Assembly (NCBI GenBank): GCA_000708835.1
Contig: DF237441.1
Coordinates: 912 to 64,911, forward strand
Reading direction: 5' to 3'
Length of the DNA: 64,000 bases
From: Klebsormidium nitens
Lineage: Eukaryota > Plantae > Klebsormidiophyceae
Every line of letters begins with the position of its first letter. Positions within the stretch are counted from its first letter, which is position 1. Of the stretch, positions 1-13,600 are shown piece by piece. A model generated the notes under the pieces. The model made no database searches and had not been told where the DNA came from. It saw only the letters and a program-made list of their open reading frames with translations. Position numbers and translations under genes: made by a program.

Positions 1-16
1 TCGCATTTAAGCCTTG

Positions 17-3000
17 ATGCCAAAGCACGGGCATGGGTTTGCTGAGCGACCAGCACAGTCTCCATTTGCTACAAGCTCATCCTGCTCTCTCAAAATGGAT
101 GATGGAAACATGAGCCCACAGCCTTCTGATCTGAAGCGCAAAGCCACCGCTGCGTATTCTCTCTCCAATGACGATAGGGACAGAAGGCCGCCAAAAGTGG
201 CCAAGCTGATTGATCCCGCGGACAAGCATTCGACAATGTCAGATGTCATCGGCAGACAAGCAGTACCACCATTGCCATCGGAGCCCTTGCAAGGCTTTCA
301 AGAAAGTGCTTTCCACGATTTCAGGGAAGCAGGAAAGGACACCACTCAATTTGCACCACCTTTGGAAAACAAGGCAGAGAAGGAATCTCTAGCTCTGCTC
401 GAGCCTTCTACTGGCGAGTCTAGAGGAGAGACACCGGGCGAAATTGATGATGGAGGGGTGGTGCGAAAAGTTTTTAAAGAGGCAGCCGAGAGGGTGCATT
501 CCACCGGAGGAAGTCATGATACAAACGGTGCAGCTTGCGCAGCTGATGCGGCGCCTTCGATGTGTGCACCAGAAGGGCAAACTTCCAAGGGCGTGCCTGA
601 CGGAACTAGAGAGGGGCTGGGATTGGCAGGACAGGCGGTGCCGGATCTTGCTGCTAAGGGGATGGACTTGGACAATAAGACGGCGAGCAAGGAGACTCAA
701 ATGCAGCGCGATGGGGCCCTGTGTGCGCACTTTTTAAAGAACCAATGCCGGTAAGCTTTTGGTGCGGTTGGTCTGGAAACAAGTATTCGTCCATGTTTGG
801 AACTCAAGCCTGCACTTACTTATGTTGCCGACTTCTGGTGACGAAAGAACTGATTCTGAGATGTGATTGAGGATAGAACAGCACGGCAGCGTAATAAGGT
901 TTGGGTTTCGCCTGCGTCTCCTGACATGACTTGGTTTCGTTGGAAATAGCTGATGCTTTGTGGAGGTAATCAGGCGCTGTATTATCGATTGGACTCGGAC
1001 CCTGTGAGGAAGGACATCTGTTCCCACTCTTAGCTGCATGCATTTGCTTGACAGCACTTGGTCCCTGATCGCTGAGATGCCAGTTGACGAATGGGATTAC
1101 CAGGACCAAAAAGTGGGTCCTTCTGAACCAGGACGCTAAAACAGATGGCTAAACTCAATAACACCCGGCCATTCCCCATCTACCAGCTTCAGCCTTTTGC
1201 CCCTGCTTTACGTTCCTTGTGCATGTCCAGCTAGGGTCCATGTTCGCCCATAGCAGTAGGCTCAACGGTTGCTCGCCAGAAGGTATTTTCTGGCACCACC
1301 GCAGCTTTTCAAGTCTCGAACCTTTGTCGAGGAACTGGCAGCACTGCGACAATGTCTTCAGCATCCCAGAATGCTGATCACCTCTTCTTTTTCTCGCTTT
1401 TCAGCTTCGGCAACACTTGCAAGTTTTCTCACTCAGCGGGAGAGTCTGTGCGCCCTGATTCGAAGCACACCCTTGGGCCAGTCAATTCGAAGGGCAGTGA
1501 CAGGTCCTCAATGAGCGCTGCGGAATTGGGTAAGAGCCGCAACTTTGATTGCCAATGCCACCCGTTTATTTCTGCAATTCCCGCTTGCGTACCAGGACTT
1601 TTGATCAGCCACCCCAACATTGCTATACTTTAGGACTTTCTGCTCATCGGAAGGTTTCTAATGAGACAAAAAGACCCTCAGAAAAGTGCGGTCTGACGCA
1701 ATTCTCGTCTGGTGTCGTTTGTCCACCACACGAATGGTTCCCGTCCTCACCTCTCCTTATTGCAAACTAAAAGCGCTGGTACATTGTCCAGATTTGCCCT
1801 GTCTTTTGTCTTCACATGTTTCCAGAGCGGCAGAGAATGCGCCAAGCGTCCGTATGAGCACACACATGGAAAGGACGTCCGGTATTGAATTGCAGCTTCA
1901 GGTGTCTTCTGAGCTAGTTCAGTTGTTGCCCTGAAAACATAATCTTCATAGGCGAGCAGCTTCATATGCATATGCTTCACCACCGCCGTGCGGTCCCTCC
2001 CCATGATCATACAGCAACATCACGATTCCATCCCTAGTTTTCATATCAAAATTTTCACAAAATGTCCAAGCCTTCGCTTGGCAGAAGCTTTTCCGAGCCC
2101 CCATCTATCTAAAACGGGCCGCCTCTTCCAAATTCCTTTCATTTTCCATGAGCTCTTTGAGGGCTCTTTTCAAAGTCTATTCTCTCACATCTCTCAGCTG
2201 CCCAGTACGGCCTGCTCAACAAGTGCGTGATCAATGTTCCCAAGCACTGGCTGACTCCCGACTTCAAGGCGTTTGTCGACGCGCTCGGTGTCAAGTACCA
2301 GTCCCTCAAGAAGCAGAAGGGCGCGATTCTCGGATTCCTGACCTTTGAAACTGTTGCACAGTCCGACGCCGCAGCAGCGGTTCTGTTGAAACAAACGCTC
2401 AGGGGCAGTCACTTGAAGATCAGCGAAGCGCGGCCGAGAGCCTGGGAGTTGCGCGCGATGGCGCAGCCGGGGGGGCTGGTTCGAGGGGCAAAAAGACCCC
2501 CTGGACAGGAGGGAAATCAGAATAATCGGACGGATAGTAGGAAACGGTCGGAGAGAGGGTAGCGAGGAAGGGGGAAGGCGGAGGAGGGGCCGGCGTGAGA
2601 GTTGGAGGAGGGGGGATCGGGGGGGCAGGTTATGATGATGACATCAGGAAGGATATCCGGGACGCGGTGACCCCCTGGTGGCGGACGGAATATGCGAAGC
2701 AGCTAGAGCAGAAGGAGGCGACGATCGGACAGCTGCTGAAACGCCTGGTAAGGAGGAGTGCACATTGTTTCTATACTTTGAGGATGCTTCCAAAACGCTC
2801 ATTTACGAATCAATCAAGCCGGGTTCTGAAGTTCCAAAAGTGCACACAACAATGTTTCTGAGTCTTTTCTGAACACACCAGATTTACAGTTCTGCTAATT
2901 TGGACACTCAGAACCTATCGCCCGCAGTGGACATGCGTGTCCTACGCTCTCATTTTCAGGTTGTGGAGAGAAGCAACCTAGCTCTGCCTGGTTGACTGCA

Positions 3001-6000
3001 GATGGTTACGGTTAGAGAGGTTTAGAGACAAACCTTAGGGCGGGCTGTAGATTAGACCACCAGGTCTTGTCCCCGTTGCAGTGTGTAGCCCTAGGGGAGC
3101 CTCGGGGCTTCCGTATTGGTGCTCCGAGCGGGGGCCTTATACTTCTTGCCTCTTTTCTACCCAACCCACTTGATTTCATTTTTCAAGTTTTTGTGCTGAT
3201 CGAAGCAGCCTCGCACCTCTTGTTTAGCCACACTTCCGCTTCAGTGAATCAGATGAGGTCCAACTTTCTTGGTATCTCCTGATGAAGTGAAGCGTTCCTT
3301 TTTACCTGGACGGTTCCGATTGAGCTTCCCCACACGCGGTCGACATGTGAACTACCTCTCGGACTCAGCCCGAAACATTATCTACGAAGCTATTCAGTCT
3401 GCGTCTCGCGTGGCCCCAGGGCGTTCCTTCTTCCGAAGACAATAAACCCCTGAAGCGACGAAACCCTTAAATCTGGAACCCCATAAAATACATCTTGGCC
3501 TGCATCTGTAGCTCCGAAAATCTTGTAGAGCGTGCCCCAGGGCGTTTTCTCTGCTTCCACCGTAATCACAAAACGACGACTGATGTTATTGCGGAACCCC
3601 GGAAGAACAGAGTTTGGCCTGCATCTGCGAAGCCCCAAGCTTTCTGTCTTCAGAAACGAAACTGCAAAATGACGGCTCCCTGAAAGTGTAGCCTTGGGCT
3701 CTTACCGCAGGTCCGAAAAGCTCGCAAAGCCTGGCCCCAGGGCGTCCCCTCCCCCGCGTGGTTGCGTCACTCCAAGAAGCACACGGGCATGGCGTGCCCC
3801 CTGCTGGGGATTGTCGCGTCTCCGGTTACGGAGGGGTACCGGAACAAGTGCGAGTTCACGATTGGGCTTGGCATGGACGGCCAGAGAACGGTGAGGGGTT
3901 TCGCAATAGGCGGGCGTTGATGGGTTTCGAGATTTTGGGTTTGCGAATGACGAGCTGGGTTTGTGCCTGAGGTTCGAGCTTCGAGATACAAGTTTTGTGT
4001 TCCTGGGGATAGCGTTGGTGCAAGGAACAACCTTCTGATTTTGCGATAGGCAAAGTGGTCGATAATCCGGAATACCTAGTAAAAAAGGGCGGTCTGATGG
4101 TAGCTTTCGACCATTACCATCTTTGAGCGGAGATCGCTCCAACTCGAGATGCTGGATGGCCTCTGAGCAGTTTCTTCGCTGCAAAAAATTTCGGACACCT
4201 CACACAACAATTTTGGTACTGCTTTCGACGTTCTCCAAAAGTAGTTGGTCTCGAAGCAGCCCGTGCTTGTGTGCTTAGCACTGTTTTGGGTCGACTCGAT
4301 GGACTTCCGAAGGTGCTCCATCCGTTGTGGAGCTTGTTGTGCTGATTGCAAGGACTCTTTGCACGGGCGCCACCTCTCTAGTGAAGCGATCCGTTATCTG
4401 TATTGCTTACCAGATGATCCTCTAGGGGCAGGATCTTGAAGATACTGTGAGATCCTGGCCGGCAGGATAAGTTGTCTCAGCTTGGGCACTTGGCTTCCCG
4501 GCCAAGTCAACGTCTGAGAAGCGTGTTTACTTTCGATCGTGCAGGTTGGCTTTCAGCTGGGGTTGTTCCGAGAGGGTTACACTGCCATCGCATCGCCCCG
4601 GGAGTGCCTGAACGTGTCGCCGGTCTCGAAAGCCTATGTCGAAATCATCCAGGTGAGCTTGCCATGGCTGTTTTTGACTCTCCAGATCCTTTAGAGGCGG
4701 TTTCTTGTATCTGCAGATATCCCGGATCCCGGCAGATACAAGAAACGGGCCCGTGAAGTGCAGGGACAAGATGCCGCATCGGCAAACTGCGAGGTTTCTG
4801 GAAACGACGATGTACTCGTTCTTTGGTCTGATCGAGATGACACTTTGTCGAAAACAAATGTGGTACCTGCGTTACTAACGAAGCCTGCCTGAGATAGATG
4901 GGTTGCCTTGCAAGACCGCGGCCTTGCGGCTGACTTCCGCTAGAACTGCTTCTTGTGACAACCGGTCGAAAAAGACGTTCGCTTTCAGGTTTTCGAGCCG
5001 TTCCCTTGTTGTTCCCATCCGGGTCTGCCACGGGTGTTATGCTCTTTCAGTCCGGTCGACTCGTTAATTTGGAGCTCGTTGATGGTTGTCTGTCTCTCTA
5101 AGTGTTCACGCTCTGCGAGACCGGTTCTTTTGCCAAACTCAACTCGAACGTCCGAGCTGATTCATAGAGAAGAATGAGACGGGCGTATGATGATTGCTTC
5201 TGAACGTACGATTGCGCTTCTGCAGGACTTCATTCGGACGTCCGAGCTCAGCGTGTGGGACAAGAAGGAGAATAAGGGCGTTTGGCGAATGGTTACGATA
5301 CGGGAAGGGCGGGCCGCCGCCGAGGGCGGGCCAGAAGACGGGAGCACCAAGATTGGCGAGGTGGGAAATTAGGGAACGAGTTTCCTTCGCTCTTAGCACC
5401 TGGAACATTTCCGAACATTTCCAATGTAACCTGAACCCTATTTTCAGCATGCCATTACAGCCCTTTCATAAGTATCATGATCTGCAGCTGAATCTCTGAC
5501 TGGAAATGCGACAGTGTCCCGAATGATTCTCGTCTCATAATCTGCCAGGATTGACGACTTCGGAGCCCCGGGTTCTTGACATCAAGCCCTTCTCGTGTCA
5601 AAATTTGACGAAACAGAATTCGGGCTTTAGAGGTCGCAGAGACCGTTGCAAGTTCATATGCAGGTTCCATCCAGTGAACGAGCTCAGTCTCTGCCCAGAA
5701 GCATTCCTACATTCCCCGCTGGATCGCAGAGATGAAAGCGTAATCCCTTGTCAATTCTTTTCAACATTACGAGCACATTTGAGAGACGTGCGGCTTTGCG
5801 TGGCCCGATACGAATATGTTTCCCCCTTCTCGAGTGCAGCCTTCCACTATTTCGCACCATCTCTGCAACCTCCTTATCGCTTGGGAAAGTCGCAACTTGT
5901 CGATCTGACTCGTCTGCCTTTGTATGCCGTGCGGATCATATGCTAAGAACAGCTTACAGAGTCCAAAAAAATTCCGTACCTTTCGAGGCAGCAGTGTCTC

Positions 6001-9000
6001 ATATAAACGACGGGCGAGTCTTTGGACGGAGAGTGTAGGCAGCTACGGCTTGATACAGAAGGAGGTTTCTCCCACATGCATTTCTGCACATGCAGACAAG
6101 CAGTGCAATCACCGAAGACTCTCCTCTTCGTCTTACTGCTGGAATTGGTAACAGTTCAAGTGCGAAGTTCCACACTTGACAAGCAGCGCAATCGTTTCAA
6201 GACTCTTTTGCTTGTTTCCTTACTGCGGTTACTGCTGATGGTTCCGGTGAGAAGTTTCACACTTATGAGCATGTAGACAAGCAGTGCAATTGTCAAAGAA
6301 ATTTGTTTTCTGCTTCTTACAGCAGGTACTGGTGATGATTCAAGTGAGCTCGAGGGACGCCCCCAGCGCCGACGCGCTGCAGTCAGAGTACGGGCGGCTG
6401 ACGGAAGCGATTTTCTCCGGAGCAGCTGCGCAAAGTCTGCCGTTAACGTATCTGGTAGTTCAGGTAGGCTCAGTTCTTCTTTTCTTTCTTTACCATTTGG
6501 GGACTCCGGCTTTCAGCGGCCAGGCATCGTCCCAGCAAACGTCATCGGACTGGTGTCAGAACGGATGGAAGGAGAACTGCCTTTGCCGGTGAACTCCCTG
6601 GTTACCCCCTGCATCTAAAACCCTGTGATCGACGGTCAGGTTTGGGGTTTTGCTCAAGTCAGAGCGTCGATCTGAAGAGGGTTATAGTGAGGAGGGGTCT
6701 CTAATGTCGGCTCGGGAGTTCATGTTCTGTCTCCATCCGGTCTGTCAGATGGGGTGTCGAATTCACAAGTGACATATGAATCGATAGGTTAGGTATAATA
6801 ATCTCAAATTAGACAGGGTCGGGTGGGGTTAGTCAGGGGTTTTAGCGTGGGGAGGGGTTCGGAGCAGGTAAATGTTTGGGTTCCGGTTTTTGTTCGGTGT
6901 TGGGTTGGTCCCAAGACTTGGCTTGGATTCATCATGAACATACTAGAGAACCTTAGATGTTGGTAGACCGGTTAGGGCGGCTCAGAAAGTGAAGCCAGAG
7001 AAGGACCAGATTGTGGTGGTCCTGCCAACTAGGATGGGGCAGAGTTGATCTGCATCTTGCATATCAATGAAAAGCAAGTACTCTGCGCTGCTTGCTCCCT
7101 ACTATAACTCAATGTCTCCTGTGTTATCTTTCAACGAAGGGCGAGAAAATTAGCCGGATTGATGTTCCAGACGCATTCCATTGTGTTTCTATCGAGCAGA
7201 AAAGGCGAATGACGTCAGTCAATTGAATTCGCAAGACCCACGTGCCAATCCACGTCACTTTCCAGGTGCACGAAGGCGTCTCCAACGCTGCCCCACCAGA
7301 CGCTCCCCAGATCATTCTCGTGAACAACCGTACGGAATCCGGTGGGGTCTCAAATGGAACGGAAGCTTCGACCTCGAGTGACGCCGCGCACATTTTCGAG
7401 CACATGTGCGGGCTCAAGTTCCGGCTCTCGCTATCGGCCTTCTTTCAGGTGGGCATTGTCTCGTGCTCCTCATAGCAATCTGCTTTTCAGAACTTTGGAG
7501 GTGTTTCTGAAGCAGCTTCGTTCGAGGGGCACTAACCAGATTGTCGGCCCTAGGACTCAAACCAGATACTGCCTGTAAATCCGGGGGGGTAATTTCAAAC
7601 CCGGCTTCCACTTTTTCGGTCTTGTAGGCAGTGGGATGTTGCGTGTTTTGCCGATATGGCGACATTTTGATTGTACTTCTTGAGAGCGTCTGCTATTTCT
7701 CGACTTTCTCTCAGAGACTCTCGTTTTCAACGTTGTGTGTTAAGCTAGCCAGTTTACTCTATCCTGTTTTCATCCGCCATACTGAAATGTCTCCTGAAGT
7801 CGTCAAAGGACTTAAAGCTTAGGCCTTTGCGATATTCCAAATCAAAGTGTTGAAAGCCACGTTGGTTCATAGTCGAATAGTCGCGCCGCAAATGGGCAGC
7901 TTTACCAGCAGGGCAGCGTTCGGCGTGCCTCAACTCTGAACTGAAGTCATACATTTTGAAGCTCCTCAAAGCTCCAGACAGCAAAAACGCCGACTCTCAG
8001 ATGTCGATTCCCAGTCGTTTCCCTGAGAAAGCTGTGCTGCCTTGCCGGCATGTCTCTGCGCCGCAGGTATTCGTTTTTTTAGTAGTTTAGGAGTGTCGTG
8101 CATACTTCTTAAGAGCTTTTACTCTCATTGTTCAAGGTAAACACCGCTGCGGCTGAGAAGCTCTACCGCCTCGCCGGCGACTGGGCGGGCCTCAACCGGC
8201 GAACCCTCCTCTTCGACGTTTGCTGCGGAACCGGAACGATCGGACTCACTCTTGCGGGGACCGTGGGCAAAGTCGTCGGGATCGAGATGATTGCTCCGGC
8301 CGTCGAGGACGCACGGAAAAACGCGGAGCTGAACGGAATCCGGAACTGCGAGTTTGTGTGCGGGAAAGCGGAGGCGGTCCTCGGGAAGCTGCTGGCGCGA
8401 TACGCGTCCCAGGTGGCGCCTGCTGACGCGGCGGCTGATGCGGCAGCCCGGGATGACGTCACAGACGGAGGAGAAGTGGGTGCTGACGTGGCGGCTAATG
8501 GTGGCCGCCAAGCGGCTACTACTGAGGTGGCGCCAGCAGAGGAAGCGCGGGGTTCGGCAATTGGGGCTGCGGATGAGGAGATCGGGGAATTAATAAACGC
8601 TGACTTGGCAGCGAAGGGGCCAAGAAGTGATGACGTGGCGGCCAACGGGACTCCTGGGACGGACACGTCGGCCGCGAAGGAACGAGCAACGCCGAGCGTG
8701 GCTTCGGGCCCGGAAGCACCAGCCGCCTCGCTTGAAGGGGTTTCGGAAAGACGAAAACGCGGAGATGACGTCAGCGGGGCAAGCGGCGCTGCGGTGGGGG
8801 CCTCTGGCGAGGACGTCAGTGGCGGGACCGGGTCGGCTTTGCGCGGGGAAGACGGAGAGGAGGCGCTATTCTCGGACGTCGTCGCAATCGTGGACCCGCC
8901 CCGCTGTGGGCTGCATCCGAACGTGAGTACAATGCTGCCTATTTTCTGGATTCCCTTGAGCGTCCTTCTTACAGCCGCAGCCAAAACTTGTGGTGTCGGG

Positions 9001-9588
9001 GCTGGATGACAGCTGTCTGATGTCTGTTGTGCGCTCCTTTTCCGAAGGCGCATAGGTTGGTGTGAATGAAGGGTGCGAAGCGGAAAAAAGGGCTATCCGT
9101 TGAGTCTAAATTGCGTACAACGATCGGTCCAGCAGCCAACAGCAACAAACCAGCATGCATCGATCTTCCACGCATGCTTCTTAGTACCAGAAAAGACGTA
9201 GCCACCTCTCAAAGAGCTCAACCTGCTCAGACCATTGCCTTACCCCTTCCATCCGAGAACAGCAGCACTCAAAACCGCGACGGTTCAGCGGGCATGATCG
9301 GCATCGTATGAAACATTACGACGTCACCAGGATTTGCATCTGTTCCCTCAGGTGCTCAAAGCGCTGGCGGCCCACGAGCGCCTCCGGCGGCTCGTATACG
9401 TATCCTGCAATCCGGAGAGCTTATTGACCAACGTGCTCGAGCTATGCGTTGCGAGTGGGGGGGCAAACCAGGGGCGTGGAAAGGGGGGGGCCAGGGCGCC
9501 CCCGCCATTTCGACCAGTGAAAGCGATGGCTGTTGATCTGTTCCCCCACACGCCACATTGCGAAATGGTCATGCTACTTGAGCGTTAG
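17..9588 (+). CDS. TRM2: tRNA (uracil-5-)-methyltransferase, TRM2/TRMT2A family, plant type with CCCH zinc finger and RRM-like domain
   Basis: Hand-spliced GT-AG exons with matching phases: 17-750, 1405-1529, 2198-2747 (one apparent -1 frameshift near 2557), 3711-3890, 4545-4652, 5226-5360, 6326-6463, 7266-7448, 8137-8922, 9352-9588. Motifs: CCCH finger LCAHFLKNQCR|FGNTCKFSH; RRM-like KCVINVPKHW..GFLTFE; RDAVTPW..EYAKQLEQK; SPVTEGYRNKCEFTIG; LSLSAFFQ|VNT; LFDVCCGTGTIG (SAM binding); VDPPRCGLH; YVSCNPESL; VDLFPHTPHCE (catalytic). The start codon is uncertain because the window may begin inside the gene. Confidence 0.93.
4700..4746. repeat. Perfect 15-bp inverted repeat with a 17-nt loop in a TRM2 intron
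   Basis: GTTTCTTGTATCTGC (4700-4714) is the exact reverse complement of GCAGATACAAGAAAC (4732-4746). Confidence 0.85.
6095..6290. repeat. Degenerate intronic tandem repeat, about 83-98 bp unit, about 2.2 copies
   Basis: GACAAGCAG(T/C)GCAAT recurs at 6095, 6178 and 6276. AAGACTCT, CTTACTGC and GAAGTT(C/T)CACACTT recur in the same order. Confidence 0.7.
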
Positions 9589-10627
9589 GAGCCGACCACG
9601 CTGGGCAGGCCAGGGGCTAATTGGTGATGACGTCACATTACCAACCGTATTGCTTGTTAGCTGGAAGTAGGGAAGCTGACATGTTTACGGCTGGCTTTTT
9701 GCAGTCTTTAGAATGGCGAAACAATCTGAATAATCGGTACGAAAGCTTAGCGAGAGTTCAATTTGTCAAATGAGCGTCTCAAGCCTGAATGTGCTATACG
9801 TCGATCCGAGTTCGGTTTCATGCAATTGATTATACTTCAAGTTCAGCCACGATCGAGCTTCAATGACTTGCAACGGTTGATGGTATTGGTACGTACCAGG
9901 AAGGTCGATGCCAAGACCAATGATCCAAGTTTTGTACCATTTCCAATTCCATATTGAAGCGATTGAGCGCCATCATTGGTGTTCTTCTCTAGCTTAATAT
10001 AACATTTCGATCAATGCGCATGATCGGTTACTAGACGGTCGCGATCGATCTCCTGCATATGCAGTATAACGTGGCGCCGGGTTTGTGATCAGCGGCGAGT
10101 GGCGAGCCTAGATGCATATGTCATGCTGAATGTACGTGAGTACGTCCATTGCACTTGCTCGATCCCATCTTAAAATAGGGGAAACTTAGGCACCCATGCC
10201 ACCGTGACATCGGCCGGCAACCGTATGCGTTTGCTTCAATTTGCTAATCGACTAAGGTCTACGCAATGAGCTATAATCTCCTATTGTGGAAGGCTTTTCC
10301 CTGACGTTCTCCCATGGAATAGAGTGGTAGTCGATCCGCTACCGTTTAGGCGACGATGGGGCGAATGTCGTACAGCCTGTGTGTGCTAAACTTACCAATT
10401 CTCCTGGAGTCTACCGCTGGCTCAACCACAACATTGAAAAAACTGCGAGATTTGATGCGTAAATCAACTTTTCTGCAGCCTGAAGGTCGGCGGCTTTGGG
10501 CTGAAGCAGCTCTTTGGGTGTCTGCACTGCAGTCATCGGCACCGCGCAATGCATGCAGTGAAAGCCTTCAAACCATATGCAGACTTGCGGTACACCCTTA
10601 TTACATATCATCGGCAGGGGAGTCAGA

Positions 10628-13600
10628 TTACGAGTCTCCTTTCAAGATGCTCGTAGCGCTCTGCTCGACGATCATCATGCCGTCGGATACCTGCAACACA
10701 AACCGCCATGTGCTCATGCTCATGCTTCCGAAGATCAGAAGTTCTGATCTTCCAATCGTACTATCCAAGCCGATACTATGATCTCCTCCGGCCGATTTTA
10801 GAAATGGGTGAGGGAATAAACAAGCCCTGAAATGCTTTCTCCGAGATCGTGCTTTAACCCTGCGCAAGTACTGTGGGCACTTTCCTACATGCGACAACCA
10901 CGCCTGACTTTGTAGGCCACCGCAAAGGCTCTAGTTAGAGTAAGAAATCTGAAGCTCAGACGCTTCAAGAGCATCTCAAGAGCACGAGCGGGTCTTGACC
11001 AGACAAGGACTCTTCCGCACATACTGAATCAGCCGTCAGCTCGAAAAAGCGCCGTACTCCACGTTCTTCTCTCAGTCACCACGACCTTGCGCACATGAGG
11101 CGGCAACTTGAAGCTAGAAAAGAAGATGGCTCGAAATCACGTGACCAACTTGAAAGAGCTCACGCTTGGGGCCGGCCAGGCTCAGGCTTACCTCGCCAAA
11201 CCGGTTGAAGGCGCAGTCTGCTGTGCTCAAGTCTGACGTGAGGTAATCGTCATCCGTGCTCTCCAAGTACTCCCGGTGGAGGAGGCCCTCGAGAGTGCCC
11301 ATGGCCAGGCGCTCGGTAGCTGCGCCCGGGGCGAACATCTGCCCCAGGAACTGCACACGAGCGGAGCGGCACGGATTGGTCAACGGCCTGCAACTGTCAT
11401 GTGAACTTTTTCGAAGTCCACATGCAAGGTTTTGAATGCCGTTCTGGGGTCATACACAGAAAAATCACAACATCACAGTGTAATAAACCCGAAGGCATCA
11501 TGCTCTACAAGATTGAAACACGTCCACGTTTACCCCGGGTGACAGCAGGCGGGCCGTTTTGAAATAGCGTCAAATCTGCAGTTCGCTTCCGCGTACTGGC
11601 TCATTTGAAGTAGCCGACGTTTGTTCCGAGCACTCGGAAGGTTTTGACTACTGGCAGCCCTCGGAATATCGGAAGGACAAAGAAGGATCACCATTGAAGG
11701 AGCCCACTTCGCCCTGGCTTCATCGCGTGCCCTTCTCTCTAGCTAGCGAAGCTGGTCAAGTCCTGGTTGTGCATTTGTTAACGTGTTTGTCTTTCGACAG
11801 GAGAGGTCGAGGTGCGCTCACTCCGTGCACGTCTGTCCATGTCGCCAGCCGTTTGACTTCGAAGTTGAGGTAATGAATCGGCGGATCTGCTATGAGGTCC
11901 TTCCTTGAGTCGGACGCCACCTCCAGAAGCAGGATGTCCGAAATGGAAACGGCGAGAGCGTTCGGTCGTCCAGCCAGGCGGCTGATTGTGGCCATGCCGT
12001 CGGGCCTGATCCAACCGGAGGGGGCAGACTCCAAATCCTGCAGGTGAACGGGCTGGAGATCAAACCAATTTCACCTTTGATCAAAGCACTTTCATAATCT
12101 GTACGTTTTCAAAGGCGAGGGCCGGAAGAAAGAGGAAGGAAAAGAAGGCGCCCGTTCGAGGCGTCAAGCAGACCTGTGCAGAATGCCAACGGTCGCGAGG
12201 GCCTCGATGCACGTCAAATATTCTGAAGATGACAAAGTTCGTCTGCTTTTCCCCGACCTGGCCTGAGGTCCGCTTCGTCGCCTGCCTCGCCGGAGGCGCT
12301 CCTGCCCGTGACAACGTCTGTGGGTCGAGTTCGAGTTGGCGAACCCGCAAACAGACTCTAGCCTCTAGCAAAAGCATAGACCGCACCATAATTTCAAGAC
12401 CGATAACATTTGGACCTGCTTCGCGTTGGAGAAACTTGGGTCCTGATGAAAGGCCACCCACCAGGAATCGAAAGCACCAGTTCTGAAATAAACGAGCTGG
12501 ACCAAAGTATTCAAAGAATCTGGATATAAAACGTATATAGCGGCAAGCGAAAGCGCAGGGACCTCCGGAAGTAGCGACCAACACCTTATTAATAAAAGGA
12601 TCCCTCCGAAGGTCGCGTTGAAAGGAAATTTGCGTGCGCGATCACGCGCAGGGTCCAGCCTAATGGTGATGCTCTTCTGCTCTCCAGACTGGTCGAGATA
12701 TAGAATACCAAACCCGGACATCCACGTCCCGTCGAAGAAGGGTTCCACAGAATTGTCTCTGGTATCCTTGAGAATCCGGCTGCCGGCGGGGACGCCAAAC
12801 ATGAGGACGTTCAGCTGCAAGAGCACGTGACAGCCTGTTGTTCGGTTGTACACCCAACGGCTGCCTACCGCAATATTATTTATGTGTATGTCCAAAGATT
12901 TGAACCTTGGTCGCTGGTCAAGCGGTGCTTGAAGGGAGAGTGGTTGTGGCCGAGCCAAGGCCCGAAAAGTGCCACTCGTAGGGCGAAAACATTACTTGCG
13001 CCATTGATACTCTATCTCCTTGAGTAGACGGCTAACTTGGCTTTTGTTTACACTTTCAGCAGGCGGCATACAATCAGTCTTGTCCCTTCTCTTGAATCCT
13101 AGGGACGGCCATCACATTCATCACATGCAGCTGACGTTCTCGCTGTTGGGTCCCCTGGAAAGGGAACCCGAGCACAGTTGTCTGCTTTCACGCCCCTTTT
13201 GTGAGTCTCTACAAGCTCCTTCTTCCGGAACATCCCACGAACATCCATGGGAGTAAGCCATAACGGAGGCTTGAAATAGCGCCTCACCTGAAGACAGCTG
13301 TCTGAGATCATGCAGTACGTCCTGCCGGCCTCCCCGTGGAAGTCGAAGGACAGCGGTCGACCCTGCGTCTCAGCCAAAGTAACCTCCAAATGGGGGTCCT
13401 CAATGCCCATAATCTCAGCTGCAGAGAAGATTTTCAACGGAATGATCGAAGGGCGCAATTCCAAGCTCTAGCATTTCTCAGAAGATCGAAAGGAAGTAAG
13501 CTAAGGCCGCAAAAACGGGTATGGAAACCGCAGCCAGAATTAGCCGGGGACCTGATGAATCCACGCTGGACTGCTTTTTTTGCTGAAGGAGGAACTTTGC

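Noticed and set aside
3412-3742. GCCCCAGGGCGT occurring twice in a TRM2 intron and once in the next exon
   Set aside because: The similarity does not extend beyond 12 bp, so it cannot be called an exon duplication.
8163-9053. 296-aa minus-strand ORF (also 30937-31695, 34888-36219 and similar)
   Set aside because: Antisense shadows of GC-rich plus-strand exons; Ser/Pro/Ala-rich with no independent motif.
10356-10781. 141-aa plus-strand ORF overlapping the end of the kelch/root-cap gene
   Set aside because: No recognisable motif or splice structure, and it overlaps the last exon and 3' region of the opposite-strand gene.
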